In this document: in pieces, positions 33,796-47,684 of the stretch
Numbering within the stretch: position 1 is the stretch's first letter
Layout of the letters: every line of letters starts with the position of its first letter
Origin: Octopus sinensis
Taxonomy: Eukaryota
Direction: 5' to 3'
Assembly (NCBI RefSeq): GCF_006345805.1
Contig: NC_043011.1
Location: forward strand, 22,394,464-22,458,463
DNA length: 64,000 nucleotides
Made by a program: the position numbers and the translations under genes
The notes under the pieces: generated by a model
The model's database searches: none
What the model was told of the DNA's origin: nothing
What the model saw: only the letters and a program-made list of their open reading frames with translations

Positions 33796-36700
33796 CTATC
33801 AAGTCAAATTTATAAAAGTTCTTGTTTGAAGATGTTGAGAATCAACTTTACATACCTGTTGTGAAATGAGCTCATGATCCTTTTCATAGGAGAGCAGATT
33901 TTTTTTCTTTTACATCATTGAAATTACCTAGCTTCTTGTTTTATAATAAGTAAACTCAAATGTCTGTATACTTAAGTTTAGTTCTGAGATATGAATATCA
34001 TGAATGTGTTCTAAGATTCAGTGTAATTGAATTAAAGCAAATTGCTCTAATTATATCAGTCTATTTAACCCAGAAAATAGATTCACAGTTATGTTATTAA
34101 AATGGCAAGTATGTGGTGAAGTGGCCGTGCAGATAGAAATATTGCTTAAGTGGGTCTATCAAACCCACATAAACTAGAAATGAGGAGTTGCATTGATGAT
34201 AATAATACTGAAATTACATGGAACCTATGTAGAAATGGTAACTTCAGTGTTTACTAATTAGGAACAGAAAACAATGCCTTATAAGTGGTTCAACTCATTC
34301 TAGTTCTTTAAGATTCAAGATATAAATGAGCGACTTGTTAGTTTTCTTTTTCTATTGCATTGAAAACCTATTTTCCTCAGAACAGCCAAGTAGGTTATGT
34401 AGAGCAAGTTTAAGAGCACAAAACAGCTTGTTTTTATCAACATAGAAACATGATAATGAATATGTTGTTTATTCTTTTCATATTTGCTTTTTATTATCAA
34501 GAAAAAAAAAAAAAAGGAAAAGAAAACTGTATCTTTGGTGTGGTATTAGTTTGAAACTATAATCACTTTCAGATGTATGTGATACCATTTCATGCATGAT
34601 TATATATAATTTGTTCCTTTTTAATTTTCAGATTGTTTTTTTTTTAGTTAAAACTTAAAAAACATTTTGTTTGGAATCGTAATATATTATTAAGAACCCA
34701 TTTGCTCTCTCTAACTTATTTAATGTTACACATTGTATAGTGCCATGATATTGCATTATTATTAGATATTTGTGTAAGAACACTGAACTAACAGTAGTTC
34801 TATCTCTATGTTTTAAGTTCAATTTCCATCTGAATAAACTTTTGTCATACATCTTTCAGTGTGGTGGGGTGAGTGACCTTTTTAGTACAGAAATTAGATA
34901 TACCCACTCAAAATTTACCCTTAACTGTGGAAAGCAAGTTTTTTTTTTATACCAATCTATCTTTTGTTGAAGAAAGTCATATTTGAAACTATTTTTTGTT
35001 GAGATGAGTCAAATTTATTGAAGCAATGTGACTTGCAGAAAATACCAAGATATTTAGCATCATTGCTGGGATAACAATGAGATTTAATTTTGCAGTTAAA
35101 GGGTCAATAAAATTAAGTACTATTATACATTTGTTGGCAGAAGTAGGTTGTTAAACTAAATTCTTTAGTACTTTCTTTTGTTCTTGTCTCTCTAGGTTTT
35201 GAGTTCAGTCCTCACCTAGCAAAAAATCTCCACAAAAAAAAAAAAGAGACTGGTTTTGTGCTGTACACAGAGAAACATACATGTCATTTAATCTCTCACC
35301 AGTCTCAGAGGGCTTGTGAGATCAGGGCTACTGCCCAACTCCTGAGTGACCCACCTCATCCCTTAGCCCCCTCCGAACATGGTGTTTTATATTATTAAAT
35401 TATGTTATGGGGAAACATAAAACTGAATATTATTGTAACATCAGTTGGTACACTATAAACTAAATTAATAAAAGTTAAAATAGTTTGCAGCACATCTCAT
35501 CAAATAAGGTTGAAGAAAAAAATAAACAAATAGAATTCATTTATCAAGGTTGTTTTCAAAGTGAAGAAGAAAACTAAGCATAAAGGAAGTTTATTTTAGC
35601 ATTCATAAGAATGCAAGGTTATTTCATAAGTGTAATAAAAGTAGGGGTTTGGTTTTTTTCTTTCTTCTATTTGTTTAGCTTCCAAAGAAATTGGCAAACT
35701 TACAAACTATGTTACAGAACTGAACAGTTGGAAAGTTGCTGAAGAGTGTGTGTGTGTGTGTGTATACATATATACATGTATGTTATGTGTATGTATTGAT
35801 GGTAGGCAGTTGGCATTTATAGAAGCTTTACCACCATGTGACTATATGTGTGTGTGTGTGTACAATTATTTTAATGTCTTCTTTTCCATGGTTGCATGGA
35901 TCAGACAGAATTCATTGAAGCAGATGTTCTACAGTCGGATGATGCCCTTCCTGTCACCAACCTTCACTTGTTTCCAAGCAAGGTGATTTTTTTTCATGGG
36001 GTTGGACATGCTTTAGCCTAAGATTGGAAATGGACAACTTTTTTACAGCTATTTCATGATATCATGACAAACACACACACACACACACAGTCACACTTTC
36101 ATTTTCTGTTCACCAAATCACTTAAAACTTTGATTAGCTCAGGGTTGTGATGACTTGCCCAATCAATGCCAACATATAAAGTGAACATAAAAGATGATGT
36201 ATGTGAGTGTGTGTATCTATCTATATGTATCTATACATGCACATGCATATTTGTGTTATGTGTTTATAGTCATTCATTATATTTTATCTAAATAAAATGC
36301 TGGGTGACTGCCTTCATTGGGAGCAGATTGTCAGACTGTGGAGTAAAAATTTGTTTCTGGAATAAATATTACATGGAGTGGGAATGATTTTATGACTGAT
36401 GAGTACATTGCGAAAAAGGTGATTGGTTACTTGATGCATTTGTTGATTCTTCTCCTGTTTCACTACTTCCTTAACCAAACTCTTATTTGAGTGCACCTAT
36501 CAGCCATGATCCCTCCCACTCTAGAGTAAATAGATACTCTAGAAAGTGAAATATTTATTGGTTTGATACTGGCAAAACTTTGAAGACAGTCACTCTGCAT
36601 TATGTCTGAATGACTTAGGTTAATTCTGTGCCACATAAACCTCTGTCATCAGAGGCAAACATGCATGCAATGTAACACAAACATTTTCCTCCATATTGAT

Positions 36701-36869
36701 ATTGAGTGAAAAGGCAGAATGAATTGTATCTTAATTTTCACTATATTCAATGTATTATAGAGCTAAACTCATGGCATCTGTGTTTATTTAATGTTACATT
36801 TAATATAAAATATTGCACTCGAAAGGTGCAGGAAATTGTGCATGTCTAAACATCAAAATATTAACCATT

Positions 36870-37200
36870 ATACATCATGAAGCAAGTATTCTTTGCTGGA
36901 TGTGCAATGTCAGTGTGTATGTTCAACAGTGTAAATATTTTGAGAGAAAAGCTAGGCATAGGGGGCACCAGATGTGGTGTGTAAGCGAGCCGACTGCACT
37001 GGTATAGTCATGTGATACGTATGGATGAGGACAGCTGTGTAAAGAAGTGCTGCTCTCTGGGGTAGAGGTAGACCCAGGAAGTCATGGAACGAGGTGGTGA
37101 ATCATGATCTTCAAACGTTGAACCTTACAGAAGCAATGACTAGTGACCAAGACCTTTGGTGATGTGCTGTGCTTGAGAGGACCTGTCAAGCCAAGTGCAC
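36870..37200 (+). mobile_element. RTE LINE 3' coding relic
   Basis: EASILCWMCNVSV...LREKLGI...RLHWYSHVIRMDEDSCVKKC...GRGRPRKSWNEVV...AMTSDQDLW. Confidence 0.85.
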
Positions 37201-37439
37201 CCATGCTGCTGGCATGTAAAGAACACTTTTTGAGTATTGGGCCTCACGGAGGCAAAGTGGCCAAGTTTCTTTTGAGCATTGAGCCTCACAGGTAAAGTGG
37301 CTGAGTTCTTTTCGAGTGATGGGCCTCACGGAGGCAATGACTGAGACCGTTGGCATTGTGTTGTACTTGAGAAGAGCCTCATCAAGCCAAGCAAAATCGC
37401 AATCATGGCAGATACCGGTGTCATGCAGTTGGTGCCTGT

Positions 37440-37720
37440 GGTAAGTAGCTTGCTTATCAACCACGTGGTTCCGGGTTCAGTCCCACTGCGTGGCACCTTG
37501 GGCAAGTGTCTTCTGCTATAGCCTCGGGCCGACCAAAGCCTTGTGAGTGGATTTGGTAGACGGAAACTGAAAGAAGCCTGTTGTATATATGTATATATGT
37601 GTGTGTATATGTTTGCGTGTCTGTGTTTGTCCTCCCAACATCGCTTGACAACCGATGCTGGTGTGTTTACGTCCCCGTAACTTAGCAGTTCGGCAAAAGA
37701 GACCGATAGTATAAGTACTA
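37440..37720 (+). mobile_element. Family A SINE, young, 3'-truncated
   Basis: GGTAAGTAGCTTGC...GGTTCAGTCCCACTGCGTGGCACCTTGGGCAAG..., nearly identical to the reverse of 7775-8193. Confidence 0.88.
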
Positions 37721-37724
37721 GTAC

Positions 37725-38010
37725 AGTGTGCTAATGATTCTCTCGGCTCACTGCCTTAATAATATCAATGATGGTCTTCATCCAGAAAATTGTCAATTTT
37801 CTCAACCAGCTCTGATGTCCCTTTCCCTCCCACACTTCTCATCATCTCTCACTCACTTTCTACCATCCCTTGAACCTCTTGTGCCAGTGAAAAAAAAAAA
37901 AAAACAAACAGATTCTTGTTTCATGTATATTAAAGCACTCTGGAGCATTTCTTAAGTTTCTGTTGTGTTTTTGCCCAGTTTAACATGAAACTTGATTGCA
38001 TAGCAAGCTT
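37725..38010 (-). mobile_element. Mariner transposase N-terminal relic
   Basis: Minus-strand translation AIKFHVKLGKNTTET*EML...WHKRFKG, a mariner HTH region. Confidence 0.65.
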
Positions 38011-39028
38011 CTAAATTGCCTTCATGTCCCAACTGCATTCTGCAAGTTAGTCAGCTGTGACAAGCATCGTTTAATAGGGTATGTTCAAAGTGGTGTTATA
38101 GCTGTTTCCTTCAGTCTTGAATAAAAAAGATTTCAGCAGGTCATCTTATTAGATATATATATATGACACTAAAATTACAATAATTAAGGAAGTTATAACA
38201 TATCAGCAAAGTATGTTTAAAAACTTGGAAACAATTTTTTTACCATGACTACTATTTATTTACATAAATTAATTTTTTTAAATTCTATATTGGAGTTATT
38301 TTACAATGCCAAACTTAAATCTCAAATGTCTGATAGTTACAAAACTAGAAAAGAGCTTTTTACACATTTTATTATACAAATTTACGAGTTTTTTTTTTAT
38401 ATTTGAAACTGAGATTTTATTGTTACTACTCCCTGTTGCTGTACTATAATAATCTAATTGCGTTGAAAACTAATAATATCGAGAACTTGGAATAAAGATA
38501 GAACAAACTCACAGCTTTGATTGCATGAATCAGCTCTGCTAGTTACATATACGTAAAATCATCATCTTTAACATATATTTAGCTATACTTCTCTTTGATG
38601 CTATTCCAAGTTTCCTGTATCTATTTTTTCAAGCAATAGTCTATGGAAGTTGATTTTCAGTAACTTGTTGCACTTTTGTATATTTGAGTTTAGTTTTGCA
38701 TTTTAGATTGCATTTATTTTGGTGGGGGTCTTAAGTTTCTATAGTTTTATTAATATTACTTTTATCTATATGTAAGTTGTCAAATCTGTTAGAAGAAACA
38801 TACATTACTGTCTCTAAATTTTGATAAATTAATGTAAACTGACTATATAGAACTAACTTACAATAAATTAACTTGACAATGTATGCCAGGCAGTATATAG
38901 GTCTGTTTACTATTTGGTATTAAAATATTGACCTTCACAATACCACTAATGGTTTATGGATAAAATAAAGTAGGTTATTTTGAATTGTCTAAAACTAAAA
39001 TGTCATCACACATGCATGTATTCTCTCT

Positions 39029-39064
<36 letters not shown>

Positions 39065-39509
39065 TGTCTGACTGTCTGTCTTTACCGAAAATTTAAATGT
39101 GTCAGAATTTCTGGGTTATTTTTATGTTAAAATTGAATGAAAATGAATGTTTTGAAGTCATCACAATCTTTTTTTTTGTTTGTGGTTCTATTCTCTTCTA
39201 AATTCTTCAGTGGCAAGAGAGAATTTTTAATAATATTTTTCTGAAGTGTTAACAATAAATAATAATGGTTATGTCAGAGGGACTCTACTTGGTGCTGTTG
39301 TATCCTTTGCTTGTTAGATTTGAAGTTAATTAGTCTAATTATAACAGGTTAAATTACTGCAAAGAAGCTCTCACCATCTTTGATAAATTTTGCCTGCTTT
39401 TTGGAGTTCATTTCTTGGTTCATTTATAGTAATTTACAAATTGTAAAATTCAGCACTGCCTACCAAATAATCGCATATACACATATATATATGTATATAT
39501 ATATATATA

Positions 39510-39718
39510 TATGTGTGTGTGTCTTTGTGTTTGTCCCCTACCACTGCTTGGCAATGGGTATCAGTGTATTTACATCCTTGTAATAGAGCAGTTTAGAAAA
39601 AAGAGACCAATGGAATAAGTACCAGGCCTAAAAGGAAAATAAGTACTGGGGTCAAGTAAAATTGCTCATGGCAGTGTTCCAGCATGGCCACAGTCTAATG
39701 ACTGAAACAAGTAAGAAG
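39510..39718 (+). mobile_element. Family A SINE 3' half
   Basis: GTGTTTGTCCCC...AATAAGTACCAGG...CAGCATGGCCACAGTCTAATGACTGAAACAAGT. Confidence 0.75.
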
Positions 39719-40589
39719 ATAAAAAAAGAACTTGTGATAAGGTAATAAATTGCAAGGGATGCTGTCACTAATCTACAGAAATTCAAAACTAATGCAAACT
39801 AAACAAGAATAATATAATTTTGTTTCTTCCTTGTTCTAGGATAGCTTGAAAAATGCTGTGGAGACTGCCACTCTCCTTTTTACTACAAAGAATATGAACA
39901 AAATCTAGAATATTTAAAAGTAACACTCATTACAATTTATTCATATTCAACAGGATCTAGAAAAAAATTTGGGTTTTACTTTTAGCATAGGTTTTTTTTA
40001 AAGTAAAGTAGAACTAAAATGAAAATAAAATACAAAACTGAAATGAAAACGCAGTTAATGTTTGTTGCTTTGTTTGGTGAAAATAGCAGTCAACTCTTCC
40101 TCAAATCACACTTCTCTAGCTTAGAAAAAGATATTGTGGGTTTATTATGTTCCTTGCATCTATGAAAAATACAAGATAGTCACAACTGCAATAACTTAGA
40201 TCATAAGTCTGCTTGATTAGGGCTGAACTAAGGCTAAATAAAAACAACAACAAATTTAATGTTTGTTATTAAAAAAACAAAATTCTCATGGAATTTCTGT
40301 TTTGGCTTTTTATTTTCCTGAGATATATCAGAAAATTTTAAAATTTTCTGTTAAAAGAACTTTCTAGGTATTTTGTTTCTGTTATCTTGGACAGAAATGT
40401 GTCCCTCAACTGTGAGAGGAATATTTTATTGTACTTCTTTTTATTCCTTAATATTGTGCTGAAGAGAAAGATGTATATTGTATGTGTGAGATGTGCTATG
40501 AATTTTGGGCGTCAGACATGGGGAATGAACACACAGCATCAGAAAAGGCTGGGAAGAACAGAAGTGAAAATGGGTTCCACATAACCCTC

Positions 40590-40866
40590 AGAGTCCATGC
40601 AAGCAAAATAGTAAATTGTGGACCCACACTAGTACTTTAAGGATCTATGAAAAACGTTTGTTATAAATGTATTTATTGCAAGGAACAGCTCAATTTCTCT
40701 AACAATTTACATACTTCAACCTACATAAGGAAATTTGTGGAAAACAAAATAGGAATTTTAGAAGTATTCATGAAACTAGTTTTTAACCATTGAATGACTA
40801 TGGGGGTCCCCCAGAATAAAATGGTAATTAAAGAGGTCATAGATAAAAAATGGTTGAGAACCAGTG
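40590..40866. mobile_element. hAT-like MITE, second copy
   Basis: Ends GGTTGAGAACCAGTG; internal match to 948-1246. Confidence 0.55.
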
Positions 40867-41717
40867 GTTTAGTGAATGAATGGAATATCATCAAGAGAGA
40901 GGAAAACACAGAATAGTGGAGAATGATAGGAATAGAGCCAATGATGGATGTTGTGAAGAGAAATAGTTGGGTCATGTCCTGAGGAAGGATGAAAGTGACT
41001 AGGTGAGAGGAGTGAGGGAAATTAATATGGAAGGAAGTTGAAGAGGAAGATAGAAACTGAGAAAGACATGGTTAATGATGATGGCAGAAGAAATGTAAGC
41101 AGGTTGATGAGGGAAGATGTAGATGATGGCAGGGCAAATGGTTTTGACAGTTATTGGACTTGCAAGACTAACCCTTGCTTTAGTATGGAAAAGGATGTTA
41201 AAATGCTTGTTGTTCTTTGAATACCTGTACATATGGATTCAAATAATGACACATGAGTAAATATGAATATGGAGTCAAACCCATATATTTAACAAAGATA
41301 TATTTAAGTCCTACTGTGAAATTAGGACCCATAGTTAAACCACAAGACTTGGAATTAGTATCACCCTAACTAATTTCAGTGCATTTATAACTCATCAGGA
41401 TTTGCCTGTTTCTCTTACAAATATGCTAATAGTAACAGAAAGCTGTATAACAAGTCAATTAGGGAACTTCTACAAGCTTGCTTAACCTGCTAGAAATAGC
41501 AATCAAATCTCCCTCAAATCATACTCTGCTAAGGACATGTTAAATGATATAGTTTGGGGTACACTAGTTGTGAAAATATGACAGGATGGGGATTACATCT
41601 GGAAAGCTTTTGATCATAGATAGGACTGCTCTTTAATTTCTGATTAGAAATTAAAGAACATTGATATGTGTGTGTTGTTGATTACACTAGGATTGGGCAC
41701 CAAATATGTTCTTTTAT

Positions 41718-41938
41718 TCCTTTACTTGTTTCACTCATTTGACTGTGGCCATGCTGGAGCATTTCCTTTTAGGGGTTTTTTGGTTGAAGAAACTGACACC
41801 AGGACTTATTCTTTGCAAGCCTAGTACTTATTCTATCAGTTTCTTTTGCCGAATTGCTAAATTAAGGGGCTGTAAATACACCAACATCAGTTGTCAAGTG
41901 ATGGTGGGGGACAAACACACACAAATATACACATATAT

Positions 41939-41971
<33 letters not shown>

Positions 41972-42130
41972 GGGTTTCTTTCAAGTTTCCACCTACCAAA
42001 TCCACTCACAAGTCTTTGGTTGGTCCAAGGCTATAGCAGAAAACACTTGCCTAAAAGTGCCATGCAGAGGGACTGAACCCAGAAATATGTGGTTGGGAAG
42101 CAAGTTTCTTACCACAGTCTCACCTGCACT
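41718..42130 (-). mobile_element. Family A SINE
   Basis: Full-length match to 2285-2692; explains ORF 41706-42152. Confidence 0.85.
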
Positions 42131-43006
42131 TATATTTACATTCTTTAAATAAAGAAACCACATGTATGAGCACAGATATAATTGAGAATAAAATTGTGAA
42201 AACCTGTTCTTAATTACTCTGACATTAACAAGATCTGGGTTTATGTTTCATCAATTCTCTCAGTTTCATTCTTTCTGTTGCATGTTTAGCTGTTTAAAAT
42301 GTAAACATACTCATTCACACATGTATAATGTGTGTATGTGTACCAGTGGATGAAAAATTTAAAGTGCTTCAGCTATTTGGTGTCATATTTTAAGCACCAT
42401 CTGCTGCTAAATGTAATACATAAACACCTGCTCTCCTGTGAAACATTGTTACATTTGCACGCGAGAATTAAACAATCACAAGGTCTTACATTTGTTATAT
42501 AAACTTTGCACCACTTTTTGTATATGGCATATGCACAAACAAGTAAATCTGAGATGAGGATGCAACTATTAGTTTTAAATTCTTTACCTGATAAAGACGT
42601 TGGACATACAATAGAATTTTTTCTGTTGGTTTAAAAAGTTCATGACAAAGTGGTCCTATTTACATTTTTAGCAGTGTTCATTGTATTTGTGAATTATTTT
42701 GGTTTCATTTATTAAAGAACAAATTGCTAGTTTATGATGGTTATATTGTTAATGGCAAGAATCCAGCATTAAGCTTTGCACTGTTTTTAAGTAAGATGAA
42801 TTATTTCACTTGCCTTTCACTGAAAAACTAGATATCAGTGCATCTGACTCACCCCGTTCTATCACCTTTACTCAGCATCCTATGCCATCATCTTTTGAAA
42901 TGAATGAGCATTATTTGGAACTCTTTTTTCTGCCTACATTCTCTTTCCATTTAAGTATTGTTCACACTAAACTTCTTTGTTATTCCTATTAATAAACTAC
43001 AAGAAG

Positions 43007-43229
43007 TTAATCCTTTTGTTACCGTATTTATTTTGAGATGCTCTGTTTCTTTCAATTAATTTTAAATATAACAAAGAATTTAGTAAAATAACTTAGTTAT
43101 CATTAAGCTAGTGTTAGGAGCATAAATTATGACAAAGGTTTGGTGAAAGATTTTAATTAAAAACTTATGAAAACAAGACATTTGTATTACAGAGGCAGTT
43201 TCAACTGGGTTGGTATCAAAGGAGTTAAA
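43007..43229. mobile_element. piggyBac-like MITE (different family)
   Basis: TTAA-TCCTTTTGTTACC ... GGTATCAAAGGAG-TTAA. Confidence 0.6.
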
Positions 43230-43613
43230 GAGAATGTAAGCATTGCTTCTTCTCAAATAATGAATTTATATAAAAAAAAAATAATTTGAGATTTTTGGAA
43301 GGAAGTTGTAAAGCTCATTTTCATTCAAATATCCATGTTTTTTAATGACCTTTTACCAGTTTTATCAGAAAATTCTCATTTTAAGAAATTATAGGTTTGA
43401 TACACATTGTTTTTCATGATTTGTCATATGGTATATATTGATTTGTTTATTTTTCTTATAGAGGATCAAAGTCTACGTCTTATAAAGATGAAGAAATTGG
43501 GTTATGTTTTATCATGCTTTTGTTTTTTTTCATTCAAAATTATAACTAGGTTATATAGACATAGCTTTTTAGTATTTTACTTTTATTTTATGGTTCTCAA
43601 CACAGCTTATTCA

Positions 43614-45213
43614 TCTCTCTATATATAAAACTGAGAATGTGTGTGTCTGTCTGTGTGTTTCCCTAAAACTTGAGAACTACACAACCAATTTCATTCAAAT
43701 TTTACACTTGCCTTACTTAGGGTCCATGTAGTTTCATGGGCAAAAAAAAATGTTCAACTTGCCTAGGGCGAGCCCATAGCAATATCATATCTTCTCCACT
43801 ATTTCAGTATTACGTGTTAAAAGTGAAACAAAAACATTCTCTATTTTATGTCAGATACTTTCACTTTAACAATAAAAATTAGAGATAATAATAACAATTG
43901 AATTATATGTAGTAAGTAATAATTAAAATCAAACTAAAGTATAATATAATTAAATTGTAACATAACAAAAGTAAAAATAGCAATTGGTATAAAATTGCAT
44001 CAATGACTTGAACTTGAATAAATGGTTTCACATGAATGGGAATAAATTAAAAATAAAATTAGTGTGCAGAAATGGAATAGTCCAGATGGAGCTGTGCACA
44101 TACCTTTTACCAAGGCTTTTACATTAGATTATCTGCTAATTAGCTAGCATTACGTATCTATATGAAGTTTGGCTGTATGTAATGTCTGTTTTCTTGAACA
44201 GCCGCTTCTACTGAGTACTGCTGTTGGTTTATTTCTTATACATAAAGGACTATAGCTTCAACTGCGTACTGCTTTTTGATTCACCGTAAGGTTTGTTGTT
44301 ATTATTACTGTTTAACTATTGTTATCACGTTTGTTGGTTCCTTGAAAGGAAAACGTTGTTGTGTTGCATTTGTTAAATAATTGTAAAACGTAACCCTCCC
44401 CCTTTGGGAGAAGGAGCTTTGGTTATTGTTTAAAAATTGAATTGTGTCCCTGTTTGGGGAAATTGACAATATTTTCACCGTTTATACGGAAGCATTTTTG
44501 TTAAAATGCCTTCGATAGAAGAAAGTCCAAAAATGAATTTCGCTGCAGCCGTTGGTGGGCGCGAACTCATTAAAATTAAAATGGAAGAAATACAAACCTA
44601 TTTCGGATTGATCACCGACAAAGACGGTGAATCTAGGATAACACCACCAAACGAAATAAAAAATTAAATTAAAGAAAAGACTATTGTCTATAAAGTATAC
44701 AATGTAGAGAAAAAAAAAAAGATTTGAACACCTGGAGGAAAGCACCATTGAAAAGTGTCTTGGTGCGACTATGAAAGATATCAAGTATCTAACCAGAGGC
44801 GATAAATTCGCCACAGTAGAAGCAACGTTCGAGTCAACGGAGCGTGCAAGGGAGTACTCAACTCGAACCTTGCAAAGTGGAAATATTTCATTTTTACCTT
44901 TATATCTGGGACATAGGACGTCCCGGAAAATTAAAAATGTCCCCCAAGAAGTAGAGGTAGGCTGGACTGTAGCCACACTTCTATACAAGAGGGAGGACAA
45001 GATACAATTGATCAAAATTGCAAGAGACGAGCCTACAATTCCAGTCTGTTATATATTTTGAGTATTGTTATCACTAGTGATATCAAGATATAACTTTGTA
45101 TTTTATGTGTAGCTGTATATATATAGATGTACATGTAATATGTACACATATATATATACACATATATACATGCACTAGCACTATGACCCGGCAACGACGG
45201 GTCATAATGCTAG
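43614..45213 (+). mobile_element. Non-autonomous Helitron (~1.6 kb) carrying a LINE ORF1-like fragment
   Basis: A|TCTCTCTATATATAAAAC start; end TATGACCCG-GCAACGA-CGGGTCATAATG-CTAG|T; no TSD. Confidence 0.8.
44506..45061 (+). pseudogene. LINE (L1/Tx1-like) ORF1 N-terminal fragment
   Basis: MPSIEESPKMNFAAAVGG...KTIVYKVYN (one stop, frameshift in an A-run near 44710), then MKDIKYLTRGDKFATVEATFES...FLPLYLGHRTSRKIKNVPQEV. An N-terminal [S/N]FAAAV motif plus an RRM-like pattern; the family assignment is by resemblance only. Confidence 0.55.
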
Positions 45214-45983
45214 TATTTTATAAATGAGACTGTTTTTTTTTTTAGTAGTAACAGTATTTAGTTGAATTTGTTCATTTTTTTGAAGTCCCTTTGAAATTCA
45301 CCTCCTTTCTCACTCCTTTAACCCAATAATATAGGCACCTGTATTCTATAGGTTTAAATTAGATTTTTGTACATGCAAAACCTACTTTTGTAGTTTAAGT
45401 TTTGGAAAATAGTTTGGGACATTAAAGCAGATGGAAACTATTTTTGCTATAACTAGAATCTCTTTCAGGACCATAGAGAGAAATGTAGAGTTTTTAATAT
45501 TTGTTCAATGAAATAAACAAAATCTATAATATATATTTACTACTTCCAATTTTACCTGAGTTGCTTAAGGTTAACATTTCCTTGAGTCAAACGACCATTT
45601 AGAAGTTTCCTCCTATTTATTGTTTTTAAAAGAAATATATATTGATTGATGTACTTTGAACAGAAGTAGAGTATAACATTTTGGGAAGTACTCTCACTAA
45701 GGAGTGAGAAAGTATTTCTTTTCTCCCCAATGGAAATTACCACCTCACACATCAGTCTCTGTTTCTCATGGTTCACCAAATAAGGCTACTTTTGTTTATA
45801 TTTACCATTTGGTTTATGCTGATAGATATCATCTCTAGCCTACCAATTAAAATGTGTTTAGTTGTTTATACATTGTATTCATACAAGCTAAATTTACTAA
45901 CTTGAAACATTCATTTATATTTCAGTTTTGCTGCTGCTGCAGGTTGGGTTTCCTTCTCCCCTCCTATGTGAGTGGGTTACAGC

Positions 45984-46475
45984 ATGGCTTCAGAACTATT
46001 AGCAGACCCTTTCCACATGATGTGCAATTCTCCTGCTCCTGAGCCAACAAAATCTGGCAAGAAATCGTGGTTGGAATTGCGCAAAGCTGTCCGAGATACA
46101 CGTAAAGTTATCACTAGCCTTGCCAGTAGTGTGCCATCACAGTTTGTATTCCGGAAAATTCACACTGATACTGGTACTCTAACTCGATTGTATTTTCTTG
46201 GAGTACCTGCAAAAAGTCGTGAGAACACCTTTCTTTATGTTGACATTCCTGAAGAATCTGTAGAACCAGTTCCTTACTTGACATGGAAGCAACTTCTACA
46301 TCCATTCCAGATGATGCCTCTCTCAGGACATATGTCCAAACAAGAACAGCTACTGCGAGAACGGAAAAGGCTTGGTGTTGTTGGTATCACTTATTTTGAC
46401 TTTGTTGAAAAGGAAGGCAAATTTGTGTTTCCTGCTCACAATAGTATGTTTTTTTGCAAAGATGATGACATCAAT
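45984..46475 (+). CDS. DPP9: Dipeptidyl peptidase 8/9 (S9B family), first coding exon (164 codons)
   Basis: [72 protein letters not shown] closely matches the DPP8/DPP9 N-terminus ([39 protein letters not shown]). Acceptor TTTCAG at 45925, ATG at 45984, phase-0 donor AAT|GTAAGT at 46476. Later exons were not found in the window. Confidence 0.93.
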
Positions 46476-47684
46476 GTAAGTATTTTGTTTTATCATAAAA
46501 TTCTTTATATATATCTGTGTTTTTGGTTTAGATACTTCTTTCTGATGGTTGCTTTCTATTTTTATGATTATTTTGTATCAACATTATTTTTGTATTTTGT
46601 ATTATTTTTGTGAAGAGAAGCATGTGTATATCATCATAATCATAATTTTCATCTTTACCACTATCAACACCATCAGCAGTTACAGTTGGTGGTGGACTGA
46701 CCAGGTTGCCAGCTTGTCTGATGGCAAGTGGGCCTCTGCGCCATTAGAATCCATATATGGGGGCCCATATTCGTATCTAAGGGCTCATCCCTCAAGTTTG
46801 AGAATTTTTTATTCACTCCTGGAAGAATGCATTAATTATTTCAGCCTGGCTGTGTTTGCAGACTGTTGAAAAGAATACTTTTAACAAAAAACAACAAAAA
46901 AAAACAAACAAATGATAACATTGTAGTTGTTGGTGGGCCCCCTTAGTCTCCTGGCAACCAATAATTTTAGACCCAGTCTGCCACTTGCTACAGTACTAAT
47001 AAAAAATATTCTCTAAAATATTGCCCTTTTCGTAATATGATTTATCTTGATCAAACTGTTAAATCTACTGTCCTACTCTTAATAAAATATCTATTTTGGC
47101 AGGTCAAGCTCTAGATTCTAAACCTTGATTGATGAGCTGTATCAACCATTCTCATGTTACTTGTCTGTATTTTGTCAGTATTACATAAAGCTCTTCATGT
47201 GTAACATCTCTACGTGGTATCATATGTTCAGTCTATTCTTCCCTAACTTTTGTACATCTTATAGCTTTGTTGCCATAATTTGATAACTTCACAGAATCAT
47301 ATTTCTGATATCTGTGTCACACATTGACATTTTCTGTATTGAAGGAAGCTTTTTGTTCCTAATAATAGTTCCCTTAATATTCATCTCAGAATTTTTGACA
47401 TTACCACTTAGTCATTGTTTCCATTCCCAACAATAACTTCTTTGCCTAGATTATAGTTAGAAAATATTTGAAATGGCATATTTCTTTTGACATAATCATG
47501 AGTATTTGTATGTTATACTTTCTTTATCAATATTTTTATATTCATGTTTCTATGTTAACATATGTCTGGCATGGATTTTATAGAATATTGTCCTCTGTTT
47601 TATAGTATAATATATATTATAACATGATTATTAACTTATGATTATCACCAGTCATTTTGAGTCTTTACAACATCATTATCATTT

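Noticed and set aside
39830-39925. Extra 5' UTR exon of DPP8/9
   Set aside because: A good acceptor-like TTGTTCTAG but only a weak donor; cannot be supported without transcripts.
44482-45015. 177-aa minus-strand ORF
   Set aside because: Antisense shadow of the ORF1-like + frame; no recognisable motifs.
46476-46613. Hydrophobic C-terminal extension of the 213-aa ORF as a transmembrane tail of DPP8/9
   Set aside because: It is intron read-through past the GTAAGT donor at 46476.
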